The notes below the pieces were generated by a model. That model saw nothing but the letters and a program-made list of their open reading frames with translations. It did not search any database and had not been told where the DNA came from. Made by a program: the position numbers and the translations under genes. Positions 35,940 to 44,307 of a stretch of DNA of 61,508 nt are shown one piece after another; within the stretch, counting starts at the first letter, position 1, and each line of letters starts with the position of its first letter. The stretch is from Candidatus Omnitrophota bacterium. Its GTDB lineage: Bacteria; Omnitrophota; Gorgyraeia; JACQQV01. Location: assembly GCA_016206785.1 (NCBI GenBank), contig JACQQV010000021.1, positions 1 to 61,508 on the forward strand, written 5' to 3'.

Positions 35940-36871
35940 GGATTGTGAAGGAGCTCCTTCTTTTCAGCGGCGTATGTTCTCCGCAGCCCCTCCTCCAAGG
36001 AAACCTGAGGAGACCATGAAAGCTCCTCTCTCACCCGATCCAAGGAGGCGACTTGACGCGAGGGATTCCGCTTCTCGTCGGCTCGCACCGATGTCTCATC
36101 AAAAACAACCTCTTCCGCAGATCGACCTGCAATTTTGAGAAGGGTTTCCACGAATTGCCGAATACTGGTCTCAACGCCCGTTCCGACGTTGAAGACCGCC
36201 CTCGGTTCGCGTACCCCTCGTGCCGCCAAAAGGGCCCGAACCACGTCGTCGATGTAGACAAAATCACGGGTCGGTTTCGAACTTCCGAAACGGATCTCTT
36301 TTTTTTCCGTCACTTTTTGGATCGCTTGAATTGCGAACTGATGCCTTCCGGAACCCGGCCCGTACACGGTAAAGATACGGAGGAGCGTGAAAGGGACACC
36401 GTAGCAGTACCCGTAGACCCGGCAGAGGGCTTCCATCCCCGCTTTTGTTCCTCCAAGGGGCGAAGTAGGATGGAGAGGAAATTCCTCCCGGAGAGGATAA
36501 GAAGGGGCGTCTCCATATACATAACTTGAACTCGCAACGATCATCTGTTTGATCTTCCACCGGCGGGCGGCCTCCAACACCTGTTGGGTCCCCAAGACAT
36601 TGATACGTGTCATAAGGAGTGGATCCTCGATTCCTTGCACGGGACCACTGATACCGGCAAGATGATAAATGACATCGATGGGGGCATGGACCTGATCTAT
36701 CCAGTCCGACTCTGTAATGTCTCCTTGAATCACCTTCACCGAGGCCTCTATGGCAGAGGGGGTTAACGGTCGCCTGTGTGCTAGGGCAATGATCGGGACA
36801 CCCTCTTGCCCAAGGGTTTCCAATAGATGTGAACCAATAAACCCGCTCCCTCCCGTCAGAAATATGGCCAT
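35936..36871 (-). CDS. Extended SDR NDP-sugar epimerase/reductase-like protein with an atypical active site (Leu in the Tyr position of YxxxK)
   Basis: MAIFLTGGSGFIGSHL, VASSSYVYG, then PTSPLGGTKAGME where paralogs have SPYxxSK. Confidence 0.8.
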   Translation of the reverse strand: MAIFLTGGSGFIGSHLLETLGQEGVPIIALAHRRPLTPSAIEASVKVIQGDITESDWIDQVHAPIDVIYHLAGISGPVQGIEDPLLMTRINVLGTQQVLEAARRWKIKQMIVASSSYVYGDAPSYPLREEFPLHPTSPLGGTKAGMEALCRVYGYCYGVPFTLLRIFTVYGPGSGRHQFAIQAIQKVTEKKEIRFGSSKPTRDFVYIDDVVRALLAARGVREPRAVFNVGTGVETSIRQFVETLLKIAGRSAEEVVFDETSVRADEKRNPSRQVASLDRVREELSWSPQVSLEEGLRRTYAAEKKELLHNP

Positions 36872-36919
36872 CGTCGCTCCAAAGGATTTATGACAGAACC
36901 GGAATAGGCGGCCGGAAAA

Positions 36920-38371
36920 CTAGCCGGTCAACAAAAACCAGGTCTTCTGAAAGATTTCCTCGAGGGTCCCTACAAAGCCCCGCATCTTGTAAAGTTTCCA
37001 AAGATAATTAAACCCAATCCTCGGCCGCTTCAAGGTCTGCAAGATGCGCTTCTTCTTCACGGTCTTCATCGCGGCGAGAATCTCCTCGGCGGTGAGACCC
37101 GGCACCCTGATGATCGACGACCCCGCCCCCTCGTATTTGGACCAATCCTTCGTCATGAGCCAGTCGTTCTTCTCCGCCATCTCGTAATATTTGGTACCGG
37201 GCAGGGGCGTCGCGATGGAGAACTGGCAAGTGGTGGAATTGAGAGAAAAGGCGAAATCGATTGTTTTATACATACTCTCCTTCGTTTCCCCGGGCAAACC
37301 GAGCATGTACGTTCCATGGGAATAGAGCCCCAGCCGGTTACAAGCATTGACAAAGTTTTTCACCTGTTCAAGGGTCGTCGGCTTCTGAATCGTTTTGCGA
37401 ATCTGTGGATCGGCTGATTCGACGCCAAATTTAAGGCCCACGCATCCCGCTTCTTTCATGATCTTAAGTGTCTCGTAATCGGCCCGCGGGTCCCCCATGC
37501 AGCTCCACTGCATCTTCAACCCGCGCCTCAGGATCTCCTGGGAAATCTCCCTGGCCGACTTCATACTGTTGGTAAAAGAGGCGTCGTCGAAGTAGGGTTC
37601 CTTCATCTGATACTTGTCCACCAGGCAGACCATTTCATCGACGACACACTTGGCGGATCGGGTCCGGAGACTCGACCTTTCATAGAAGACATAGGGCTCC
37701 AAGCAAAAGATGCAGGTGAAGGGGCACCCCCTCGAGGAGATGATCGGCAGATTCGGATAGTCCTTGCAAAAGGGATCATTGTATTTATGGAGGGGGAGCG
37801 AATCCCGCTCCGGATAGGGGAGGATGTCCAGGTCCTTAATGAGTTCGCGTCTTTCATTGACACGAATCTCGCCGTTTTCCCGGAAGGCGATTCCCTTAAT
37901 CTCCTTGTAATTGTCGGGATGTTCAAGGAGTTCCAGCAGCACAAATTCAAATTCATTTCCCAAAATCACGAAATCGGCCGCCTTGTTCTGCAGCACCTGT
38001 TCCGGAACGGCGGTGGCATGGTTTCCCGAGAGGATGATGGTGGTAGAGAAGGCCTCCTTCAGTCTCTCCGCGAACTTAAGGTCCGTGTCAATGGAAGGGG
38101 TGCAGGTTTCCAGCACCACCACCTCCGGTCTGAATTGGGTGGCGAACTCCATTGTTTCATCCAGCGAGAGCCCTTCGGCAATGGCGTCTTTGATAACCGC
38201 CTCATATCCTTTGCTCTTTAAGAAGGAGCAGGCATAGGCCAGCGTAAACGGGAAGGGGTAATGCATAATATTCTGTTTGAGATTCCGGATATTGGCCCAC
38301 CGTGAGCCTGCCTTGACGCCATACTGGGTCTTCGTCTGCACCCAGGGTGAATTGAGCAGTAAAATTTTCAT
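36920..38371 (-). CDS. B12-binding-domain radical SAM enzyme (class B architecture)
   Basis: N-terminal cobalamin-binding-type domain (MKILLLNSPW...KSKGYEAVIKD...VVVLETCTPS), then SSRGCPFTCIFCLEP (C-x3-C-x2-C). GGGAGA lies 7 nt upstream of the ATG. Confidence 0.85.
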   Translation of the reverse strand: MKILLLNSPWVQTKTQYGVKAGSRWANIRNLKQNIMHYPFPFTLAYACSFLKSKGYEAVIKDAIAEGLSLDETMEFATQFRPEVVVLETCTPSIDTDLKFAERLKEAFSTTIILSGNHATAVPEQVLQNKAADFVILGNEFEFVLLELLEHPDNYKEIKGIAFRENGEIRVNERRELIKDLDILPYPERDSLPLHKYNDPFCKDYPNLPIISSRGCPFTCIFCLEPYVFYERSSLRTRSAKCVVDEMVCLVDKYQMKEPYFDDASFTNSMKSAREISQEILRRGLKMQWSCMGDPRADYETLKIMKEAGCVGLKFGVESADPQIRKTIQKPTTLEQVKNFVNACNRLGLYSHGTYMLGLPGETKESMYKTIDFAFSLNSTTCQFSIATPLPGTKYYEMAEKNDWLMTKDWSKYEGAGSSIIRVPGLTAEEILAAMKTVKKKRILQTLKRPRIGFNYLWKLYKMRGFVGTLEEIFQKTWFLLTG

Positions 38372-38409
38372 CTGGAATTCTCCCTATGTTTCGATATTGA
38401 CAAATACAT

Positions 38410-39183
38410 TCACTTTTTTCTGGCCTCAGCAAAGAGGGAAATGCCGAGCGGAACCGGCATCTTTTGTTCAAAGGAGATGACATTCCGTGCGACCTTGGAA
38501 AGAAACGTTTTTTTTGTGACCTTCTCGTAAGGGTATGTCTTCCGTAGAACCTTGCTATACCAGAAACAAACAGGAATCAGAGAGAAACCGATCCAGCGGA
38601 GGGCCACCTCCTTGAAGAAACGATCCAGTTTCTTCTGAAGGTCTCTCTTACTGTATCGGCGAAAGTGTCCTGCCTCTACGTCGTGGTAGCCAAAGAGGGC
38701 TGGAAGCGCCGGGACGGTCAGTAGGAGTCTGCCCCCTGGATTGAGATACCCGGCCATCTTGGCGAGGACGAGCGCGTCGTCCGGCATGTGTTCGATGACA
38801 TCCGTTGCAACCACCGCATCAAAGGGCTCCACGGGGCGGAAGGTCAAGAGGTCCTCTTGGAGGATGATGATCCGATCCAGGTTTTCTTGGGAAGCAGAAG
38901 CACGCGCCTGCCGAACCGCCTCCGGCAAAATGTCGATCCCGGTGACCCGGTGTCCTTCTCGGGCCAGGAGGTTGTTTAATTCTCCGGAACTGCAGCCGAC
39001 GTTCAGGATCTTTTGATTCGGGCCCGACCTTCGGACGCTCTCCACCACCTTCTGATATTTGGCTTCCCGATAGAACTCATTTTTCCGGAACTCGGGATGC
39101 CGAAGGGCGTACTGCGGATCCTCAATCCCCATGACACGTTCTTCTGTCACGTGGGCGTCGCAACCGGCGTTCATCACTTGCAT
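38410..39183 (-). CDS. Class I SAM-dependent methyltransferase
   Basis: KILNVGCSSGELNNLLAREGHRVTGIDI...FDAVVATDVIEHMPDD...LNPGGRLLLTVP. I place the start at ATG 39183 to avoid a 95-nt overlap. Confidence 0.8.
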   Translation of the reverse strand: MQVMNAGCDAHVTEERVMGIEDPQYALRHPEFRKNEFYREAKYQKVVESVRRSGPNQKILNVGCSSGELNNLLAREGHRVTGIDILPEAVRQARASASQENLDRIIILQEDLLTFRPVEPFDAVVATDVIEHMPDDALVLAKMAGYLNPGGRLLLTVPALPALFGYHDVEAGHFRRYSKRDLQKKLDRFFKEVALRWIGFSLIPVCFWYSKVLRKTYPYEKVTKKTFLSKVARNVISFEQKMPVPLGISLFAEARKK

Positions 39184-39187
39184 GAAG

Positions 39188-40006
39188 TCAACCCTCCCCG
39201 AAAATTGGCAGACCTTCGCATTTTTCAGAAGGAAAGAAGAAAAAAGACCGAAAGGGTTTCCCCTGAAACGTTTCAAAAGCATCTTTCTTCACATGATACC
39301 CGAAAGGACGGTAAGACTTCTTGGAGAAAAAATCGTTTACAGATGGAAATTGATCGGATTTGACCTCAACCAGAAAAAACGGCCTGACCGCTTCAATCGT
39401 TTTCTCCATTCCGAGGAGCGCATTCAATTCGGCCCCTTCCACATCTATTTTGACAATATCCGGTGAGATGGACAGATCATCCACCCGGAGCGTCCGGGTA
39501 ACCACTTCTTTGTAAACAAGCCGTCGGCGATGAGAGGCAAAGGGCAACATGGAGAGGTTTCTTTCCACCTGTTCCCGGGCCAGGGAGGCCACCCTGTGAA
39601 TGGAAATGGAACGAAAGGCGGGTACGTATAATGTCGCCGGCTCCCCAGTTGTTTGACCCACCGCTGCAATCAGAAAATCAAAATTATGGAATTTCCTCTT
39701 GAGACGTCCCAGTTCAACTTCATGGAACGGATTGGCCTCGATGGAAAGTATCTTCCATCTGTTGTTCAACTTACGAAAAGAGCGGCAGGAGATGCCGTCG
39801 TTGGCGCCGATATCAAGAAAGAGGCCCGCATTTTGTTTCATCAGGTGACGAAATCCGTAGAAATCTACTTCGTGGGGAAGGAAGAGAGAAATCCTCGTGA
39901 GGAATTTCTTTGTGAACCAGTAGGTGTAGGGATTGCTCTCAACGATGTGTTGGACATATTTTAACCGCCACTTGAGTGTAGAGAAGTATTTCATCGTGGA
40001 TACCAT
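39188..40006 (-). CDS. FkbM-family methyltransferase
   Basis: FLDIGANDGISCRSF...VKIDVEGAELNALLGMEKTI. The start is ATG 40006 or ATG 39994. Confidence 0.8.
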   Translation of the reverse strand: MVSTMKYFSTLKWRLKYVQHIVESNPYTYWFTKKFLTRISLFLPHEVDFYGFRHLMKQNAGLFLDIGANDGISCRSFRKLNNRWKILSIEANPFHEVELGRLKRKFHNFDFLIAAVGQTTGEPATLYVPAFRSISIHRVASLAREQVERNLSMLPFASHRRRLVYKEVVTRTLRVDDLSISPDIVKIDVEGAELNALLGMEKTIEAVRPFFLVEVKSDQFPSVNDFFSKKSYRPFGYHVKKDAFETFQGKPFRSFFFFPSEKCEGLPIFGEG

Positions 40007-40077
40007 GTTACCAGATTCTCGCCTCCTTTGTCAATGCAGCAGACCCAGTGGCAGAGGATATCGTCTTCTCTATTTTT

Positions 40078-41382
40078 TCATGAGGAAATTGCAGGGCGCC
40101 CCATACTGAAGTAACGGAACCCGAGTCTCCGCATCCGTTCAGGATCGAATAGATTCCGGCCATCCACAAGGACAGGATGGGCCATGAGCGACTTTAACTT
40201 TCGGAGATGAAGTTGTTTAAACACCCGCCATTCCGTCAAAATCACAAGGCAATCAACGCCCCGTGCCACTTCATACGCGTTTGCACAAAACGTTACGCCT
40301 GTCAAAAACTTCTTGGCATTCTCCATCGCCGCTGGATCGGTTGCCTTAACCTTAACCCCTTCCTTCTGAAGTGCTCGGATAATATCGATGGCCGGTGCAT
40401 CGCGCAAATCGTCCGTGTCCGGTTTAAAGGAGAGGCCGAGAATGCCAATCGTCTTCCCCCTCAAATTCCAGACCGCCTGCTCGATCTTTCTGACAACCCC
40501 TTCCCGCTGATGCTGGTTGATGCGCTGGACTTCTTTAAGGAGTTGGAAATCAACTCCCGCCTTGCTTGCAATATTAATAAAAGCGGCGAGATCCTTTCCG
40601 AAACAGGACCCCCCAAAACCGACGCCGGCGTTTAAAAAACTTTTCCCGATCCGTTTGTCCATGCCGACCCCTTCGGCAATTTTGACCACATCCGCCCCTA
40701 CCTTTTCAGAAAGGGTTGCGATCGCATTGATAAAAGAGATCTTCATCGATAAGAAAGAATTGGAGGCATGTTTGATGATTTCGGCACTCTTGATGTCCGT
40801 CACCACAATGGGGGTTTTGAGGGGGCGGTAGACCTCCAGAAGGATTTTTTCGGCCTTCTTGGATTCGACGCCGATGACAACGCGATCAGGTTGAAGAAAA
40901 TCTTTAACCGCCTGGCCTTCGCGCAGGAACTCAGGATTCGAGGCGACATCAAAGGGGATCTTTCTACGAAGGCTGTGGCGAATCGTCCGGCGAACCCATT
41001 CTCCTGTTTCCACGGGGACGGTGCTTTTCTCAACGATGAGCCGATACGTGGTCATCGCATGCGCAATTTCACGCGAGACCACTTCCACATAAGAGAGATC
41101 CGCCTCCCCGCTGGGTCTTGACGGTGTGCCAACGGCAATAAAAACGACTCCCGATTTTCTCACCCCTTCTTGGATAGAAGGGGAAAACGAAAGACGCCCC
41201 GTTTTCAAATGTTTGCGAACGAGCCTCTCTAGCCCCGGCTCATAAAAAGGGATCTTCCCTTTTTGAAGAGGCGCCAATTTCTCCATGTCATTATCAACAC
41301 AGAGAACCTGGTGGCCGCTCTCGGCAAAACAGGCCCCTGTGACAAGTCCGACGTGTCCTGCACCCACAATGCTTATCTTCAC
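40078..41382 (-). CDS. ugd: UDP-glucose 6-dehydrogenase
   Basis: KISIVGAGHVGLVTGACFAESGHQVLCVDND...GGSCFGKD. I place the start at GTG 41382, with AAGGAGGAA 7 nt upstream. Confidence 0.9.
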   Translation of the reverse strand: MKISIVGAGHVGLVTGACFAESGHQVLCVDNDMEKLAPLQKGKIPFYEPGLERLVRKHLKTGRLSFSPSIQEGVRKSGVVFIAVGTPSRPSGEADLSYVEVVSREIAHAMTTYRLIVEKSTVPVETGEWVRRTIRHSLRRKIPFDVASNPEFLREGQAVKDFLQPDRVVIGVESKKAEKILLEVYRPLKTPIVVTDIKSAEIIKHASNSFLSMKISFINAIATLSEKVGADVVKIAEGVGMDKRIGKSFLNAGVGFGGSCFGKDLAAFINIASKAGVDFQLLKEVQRINQHQREGVVRKIEQAVWNLRGKTIGILGLSFKPDTDDLRDAPAIDIIRALQKEGVKVKATDPAAMENAKKFLTGVTFCANAYEVARGVDCLVILTEWRVFKQLHLRKLKSLMAHPVLVDGRNLFDPERMRRLGFRYFSMGRPAISS

Positions 41383-41411
41383 GATCAAGTTCCTCCTTAT
41401 TATGGACGACG

Positions 41412-42116
41412 CTACAATAACTGATGCTCCAATAGGAAATGTTCGAGGACATCGCGAACAACGCGGTTTGCCTTCTCATTAGGGTGACCATCAAAGGAAG
41501 TCACCCAGAAATCGGAAGCCTTCTTCCCTAGGAAAAAGTCCAAGAGATCTAAAACATAAGGCTCTCCAGCCAACGCTTTCCCAACCTGCTGATGATAAAA
41601 TTCAAAATTGTAGCCACTGTCATTGTAAACATAGCCGATCACCACGAGGTCAGGATGATATCGAATCCCTTCCTCCTCAAGCAATTGTGCTTCATAAACC
41701 GTGTTATAGCTTGGCACACTCATATTTAACACTTCAATGTGTTTCTTTGGGAAACGACTCCGCAGGCGCTTCTCCAACATCTGGGGGTAGGTCTGTTCAA
41801 AAGGAAGGCCGGGGCCGAAAGTGACTGAATCGCCAATACATAAAATCCGGAACATGCCACGCTTTTTTTCGTAAGAACGTTCAAGGTCCCGAAATCCCTT
41901 CGAATTAGTTTGAAAGGGAACCCCTAAGGAGAGGCCGGTGAAATTCGGTTTCAGGGTGTAGCGACGTGTGGGATGGCTTTGATACGCGCCGGGGGGAAGA
42001 TATCGTCGAACACCCAGATGGGTAACTCGAAGCCATCCCTCTAAAGCGAAGAGGCAGAAAAAAATAGAGGCCGTCGAAATAAGGAATCCGCTGTACAAAC
42101 GATGTTTCCTTGACAA
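41412..42116 (-). CDS. Membrane-anchored SGNH/GDSL hydrolase-type esterase or acyltransferase
   Basis: FRILCIGDSVTFG (GDS block) and DGHPNEKAN (DxxH block). The ORF-track N-terminus (to 42278) overlaps the small ORF at 42161..42337 in another frame. Plausible starts are TTG 42116 (MSRKHRLYSGFLISTASIFF, with GAGG upstream) or TTG 42164 (TTGA overlap). Confidence 0.6.
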   Translation of the reverse strand: MSRKHRLYSGFLISTASIFFCLFALEGWLRVTHLGVRRYLPPGAYQSHPTRRYTLKPNFTGLSLGVPFQTNSKGFRDLERSYEKKRGMFRILCIGDSVTFGPGLPFEQTYPQMLEKRLRSRFPKKHIEVLNMSVPSYNTVYEAQLLEEEGIRYHPDLVVIGYVYNDSGYNFEFYHQQVGKALAGEPYVLDLLDFFLGKKASDFWVTSFDGHPNEKANRVVRDVLEHFLLEHQLL

Positions 42117-42160
42117 ATTCTCTTTCCTCTTTACCTGCGTTATAGAAAACAGGAGAAATG

Positions 42161-42337
42161 TCAAAAAAGCGTATAGATAAAAGGACCGATCGCCGTCGAT
42201 TGCGCAAAGATCAAAAGAACCGCAAAAAGCATGAGGATCGTCACCATCGGAATCATCCACCAAAGTTTCTGTTCCCACAGAAAACGGAAAAGCTCCTGGA
42301 GGATGCGCACCCTCCGTTGAATCCCTTTGAATCCCAT
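42161..42337 (-). CDS. 58-aa small membrane protein, DUF5989-like (carbamoyltransferase-associated)
   Basis: Too short for the ORF track. My translation is MGFKGIQRRVRILQELFRFLWEQKLWWMIPMVTILMLFAVLLIFAQSTAIGPFIYTLF. The ATG lies 3 nt after the carbamoyltransferase stop. The KxWW-TM-PFIYTLF pattern matches my recollection of DUF5989. Confidence 0.6.
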   Translation of the reverse strand: MGFKGIQRRVRILQELFRFLWEQKLWWMIPMVTILMLFAVLLIFAQSTAIGPFIYTLF

Positions 42338-42340
42338 CTC

Positions 42341-44074
42341 TTACTCCCTTTCTCCCTTGGGAAGATTTCCCTTTTCAATCACGAAGGAGCCGATCACCAA
42401 GGTGTCCATTCCGCTCCGGAGGAAAGTGGAATAGGCCTCTGCGGGTGTCGCGACGATCGGCTCTCCCTTCAGATTGAAAGAGGTATTAAGAACCACGGGC
42501 ACCCCCGTTTCTTCTCCGAATCGTTCGATTAAACGATAATAGAGAGGATTTATCTCTTTAACAACTCCTTGAAGCCGCCCCGTCCCGTCCACATGGGTGA
42601 CCGCAGGAATTTGGGAACGCTTCTCCTCCTTGACCGGCGGCACCAAGAGCATGAAGCGCGGGGGGTACCCGCCGTCGCTATTCCGCAGTTCAAAGTATTC
42701 CGTCATCCGGTCGGAGAGGACCGAAGGGGCAAAAGGGCGGAACGGCTCTCGAAACTTAATCTTGCGATTCACGATGTCTTTCATCTCGGAGCGTCGCGGA
42801 TCCGCAAGGATGCTCCGATTTCCAAGGGCGCGAGGACCCCATTCAAACCGTCCCTGCATCCATCCGACGACATCCCCTTTTTGCAGATGCGCCACAACAC
42901 GACGTACCAGTGCCTCTTCATCCGGCGCCTTCCAGAACGGAATCTTCTCCTCCTCTAAAAAGTTCAGGACCTCCTCATCCGTAGAGGAGGCTCCCCAATA
43001 CGCATGTTCCAAAACGAAATTTCTCGGCTCCCCCAAAAGGGCCGCCGCCAAAAGGGCGGCGCCCAACGCTCCTCCGGAATCGCCGGAGGCGGGCTGAATG
43101 AAAAGTTCCCGGATCGGTGTCTCTTTCAGAATCTTCCAATTGGCCACCGTGTTCAAGGCCACCCCTCCCGCCAGGCAAAGCCTGTCCAGGCCGGTCACGC
43201 GATGGGCGTGCCGTGCCATTTTGACAACGATCTCCTCCGTAATTTTTTGGATGCTCGCAGCGAGGTCGGCGTAATGCGGTTCCAACGCATCGCTTGTCTT
43301 GGGATCGCGGGGTTTCCCGAAAAGCTTCAAGAAAGGGGTGCTAAAAAGTTTTGTGCCTGAATAATAGTGACAAAAATAACGGGGATCACACCAAATCGAG
43401 CCATCCTCGTAGATCTTAAGAATTTTCCGGATCTTATCACAGGTGACCGGTTTTCCGTAAGGGGCCATCCCCATCACTTTATACTCCCCTTCGTTCACCT
43501 CAAATCCGAGGAAAGCGGTGAAGACGCTGTAGAGAAGACCAACGGAGTGGGGAAAATTCATCTCGTGAAGAAGGGTGACCCGATTCCCCTCCCCCTTCCC
43601 GATCGTCGCCGTATTCCATTCCCCGACGCCGTCGACGGTGAGGATCGCCGCCTTCTCAAACGGCGAACAGAGAAACGCGCTTGCCGCATGCGAGAGGTGG
43701 TGACGGGAAAAAAGAATTTTCTCCGGCGGGATATCGAGTTTTTCCTCGATAAGGCCCTTCACCCACAATTTGTCGAAAAGCCAGTGGATCATCGCTTCCC
43801 GAAAAAGCGTCGAAGAACGCGGGTAGGTTTCAAGACAACTCCTTAAGATACGGTCAAATTTCAAAAAAGGTTTTTCATAGAAGACGACATAATCCAGTTG
43901 AGAAGAATGAAGTCCGGCATACCGTAGACAGAAGGCGATAGCCTTTTCAGGAAAACCGCTGTCATGTTTTTTCCGGGAAAATCGCTCTTCTTCCGCCGCA
44001 GCCACAAGTTTTCCATCGATCAGGAGGACGGCAGCCGCGTCATGATAAAAACAGGAAATCCCAAGAATTTTCAT
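42341..44074 (-). CDS. NodU/CmcH-family carbamoyltransferase
   Basis: MKILGISCFYHDAAAVLLIDGKLVAAAEEERFSRKKHDSGFPEKAI...; 577 aa, with family-typical length and N-terminus. Confidence 0.9.
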   Translation of the reverse strand: MKILGISCFYHDAAAVLLIDGKLVAAAEEERFSRKKHDSGFPEKAIAFCLRYAGLHSSQLDYVVFYEKPFLKFDRILRSCLETYPRSSTLFREAMIHWLFDKLWVKGLIEEKLDIPPEKILFSRHHLSHAASAFLCSPFEKAAILTVDGVGEWNTATIGKGEGNRVTLLHEMNFPHSVGLLYSVFTAFLGFEVNEGEYKVMGMAPYGKPVTCDKIRKILKIYEDGSIWCDPRYFCHYYSGTKLFSTPFLKLFGKPRDPKTSDALEPHYADLAASIQKITEEIVVKMARHAHRVTGLDRLCLAGGVALNTVANWKILKETPIRELFIQPASGDSGGALGAALLAAALLGEPRNFVLEHAYWGASSTDEEVLNFLEEEKIPFWKAPDEEALVRRVVAHLQKGDVVGWMQGRFEWGPRALGNRSILADPRRSEMKDIVNRKIKFREPFRPFAPSVLSDRMTEYFELRNSDGGYPPRFMLLVPPVKEEKRSQIPAVTHVDGTGRLQGVVKEINPLYYRLIERFGEETGVPVVLNTSFNLKGEPIVATPAEAYSTFLRSGMDTLVIGSFVIEKGNLPKGERE

Positions 44075-44307
44075 TAAAATTGCCGTCGGGTATTAGAAAG
44101 ATCCGTCTCTTTTGAAGAAACTGGGAGCCAATTGCTTTGAGAAGGAGGATGCCGCCTGAGGGTATTCTGCCAACGGCCGATAAGAAGTGAAGAAATCCCG
44201 ACCACCAGAAAATAAAACAGGGTGAGAATCAGACGGGAATTGAAATTTCCGATGATCCGGGCAAAGGCCTTCCACCCTTCCCAACCTTTTCGAAGAACAC
44301 TTTTCAT
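44074..44307 (-). CDS. Small hypothetical membrane protein, translationally coupled to the carbamoyltransferase
   Basis: 77 aa: GWEGWKAFARIIGNFNSRLILTLFYFLVVGISSLLIG. TAATG overlap with the carbamoyltransferase start and a 4-nt overlap with the lptD stop. Confidence 0.45.
   Translation of the reverse strand: MKSVLRKGWEGWKAFARIIGNFNSRLILTLFYFLVVGISSLLIGRWQNTLRRHPPSQSNWLPVSSKETDLSNTRRQF

Noticed and set aside
42300-42317. GGAGG-N8-CCTCC hairpin after the carbamoyltransferase as a terminator
   Set aside because: It lies inside the newly recognised 58-codon ORF. The stem is only 5 bp and there is no proper U-tract.
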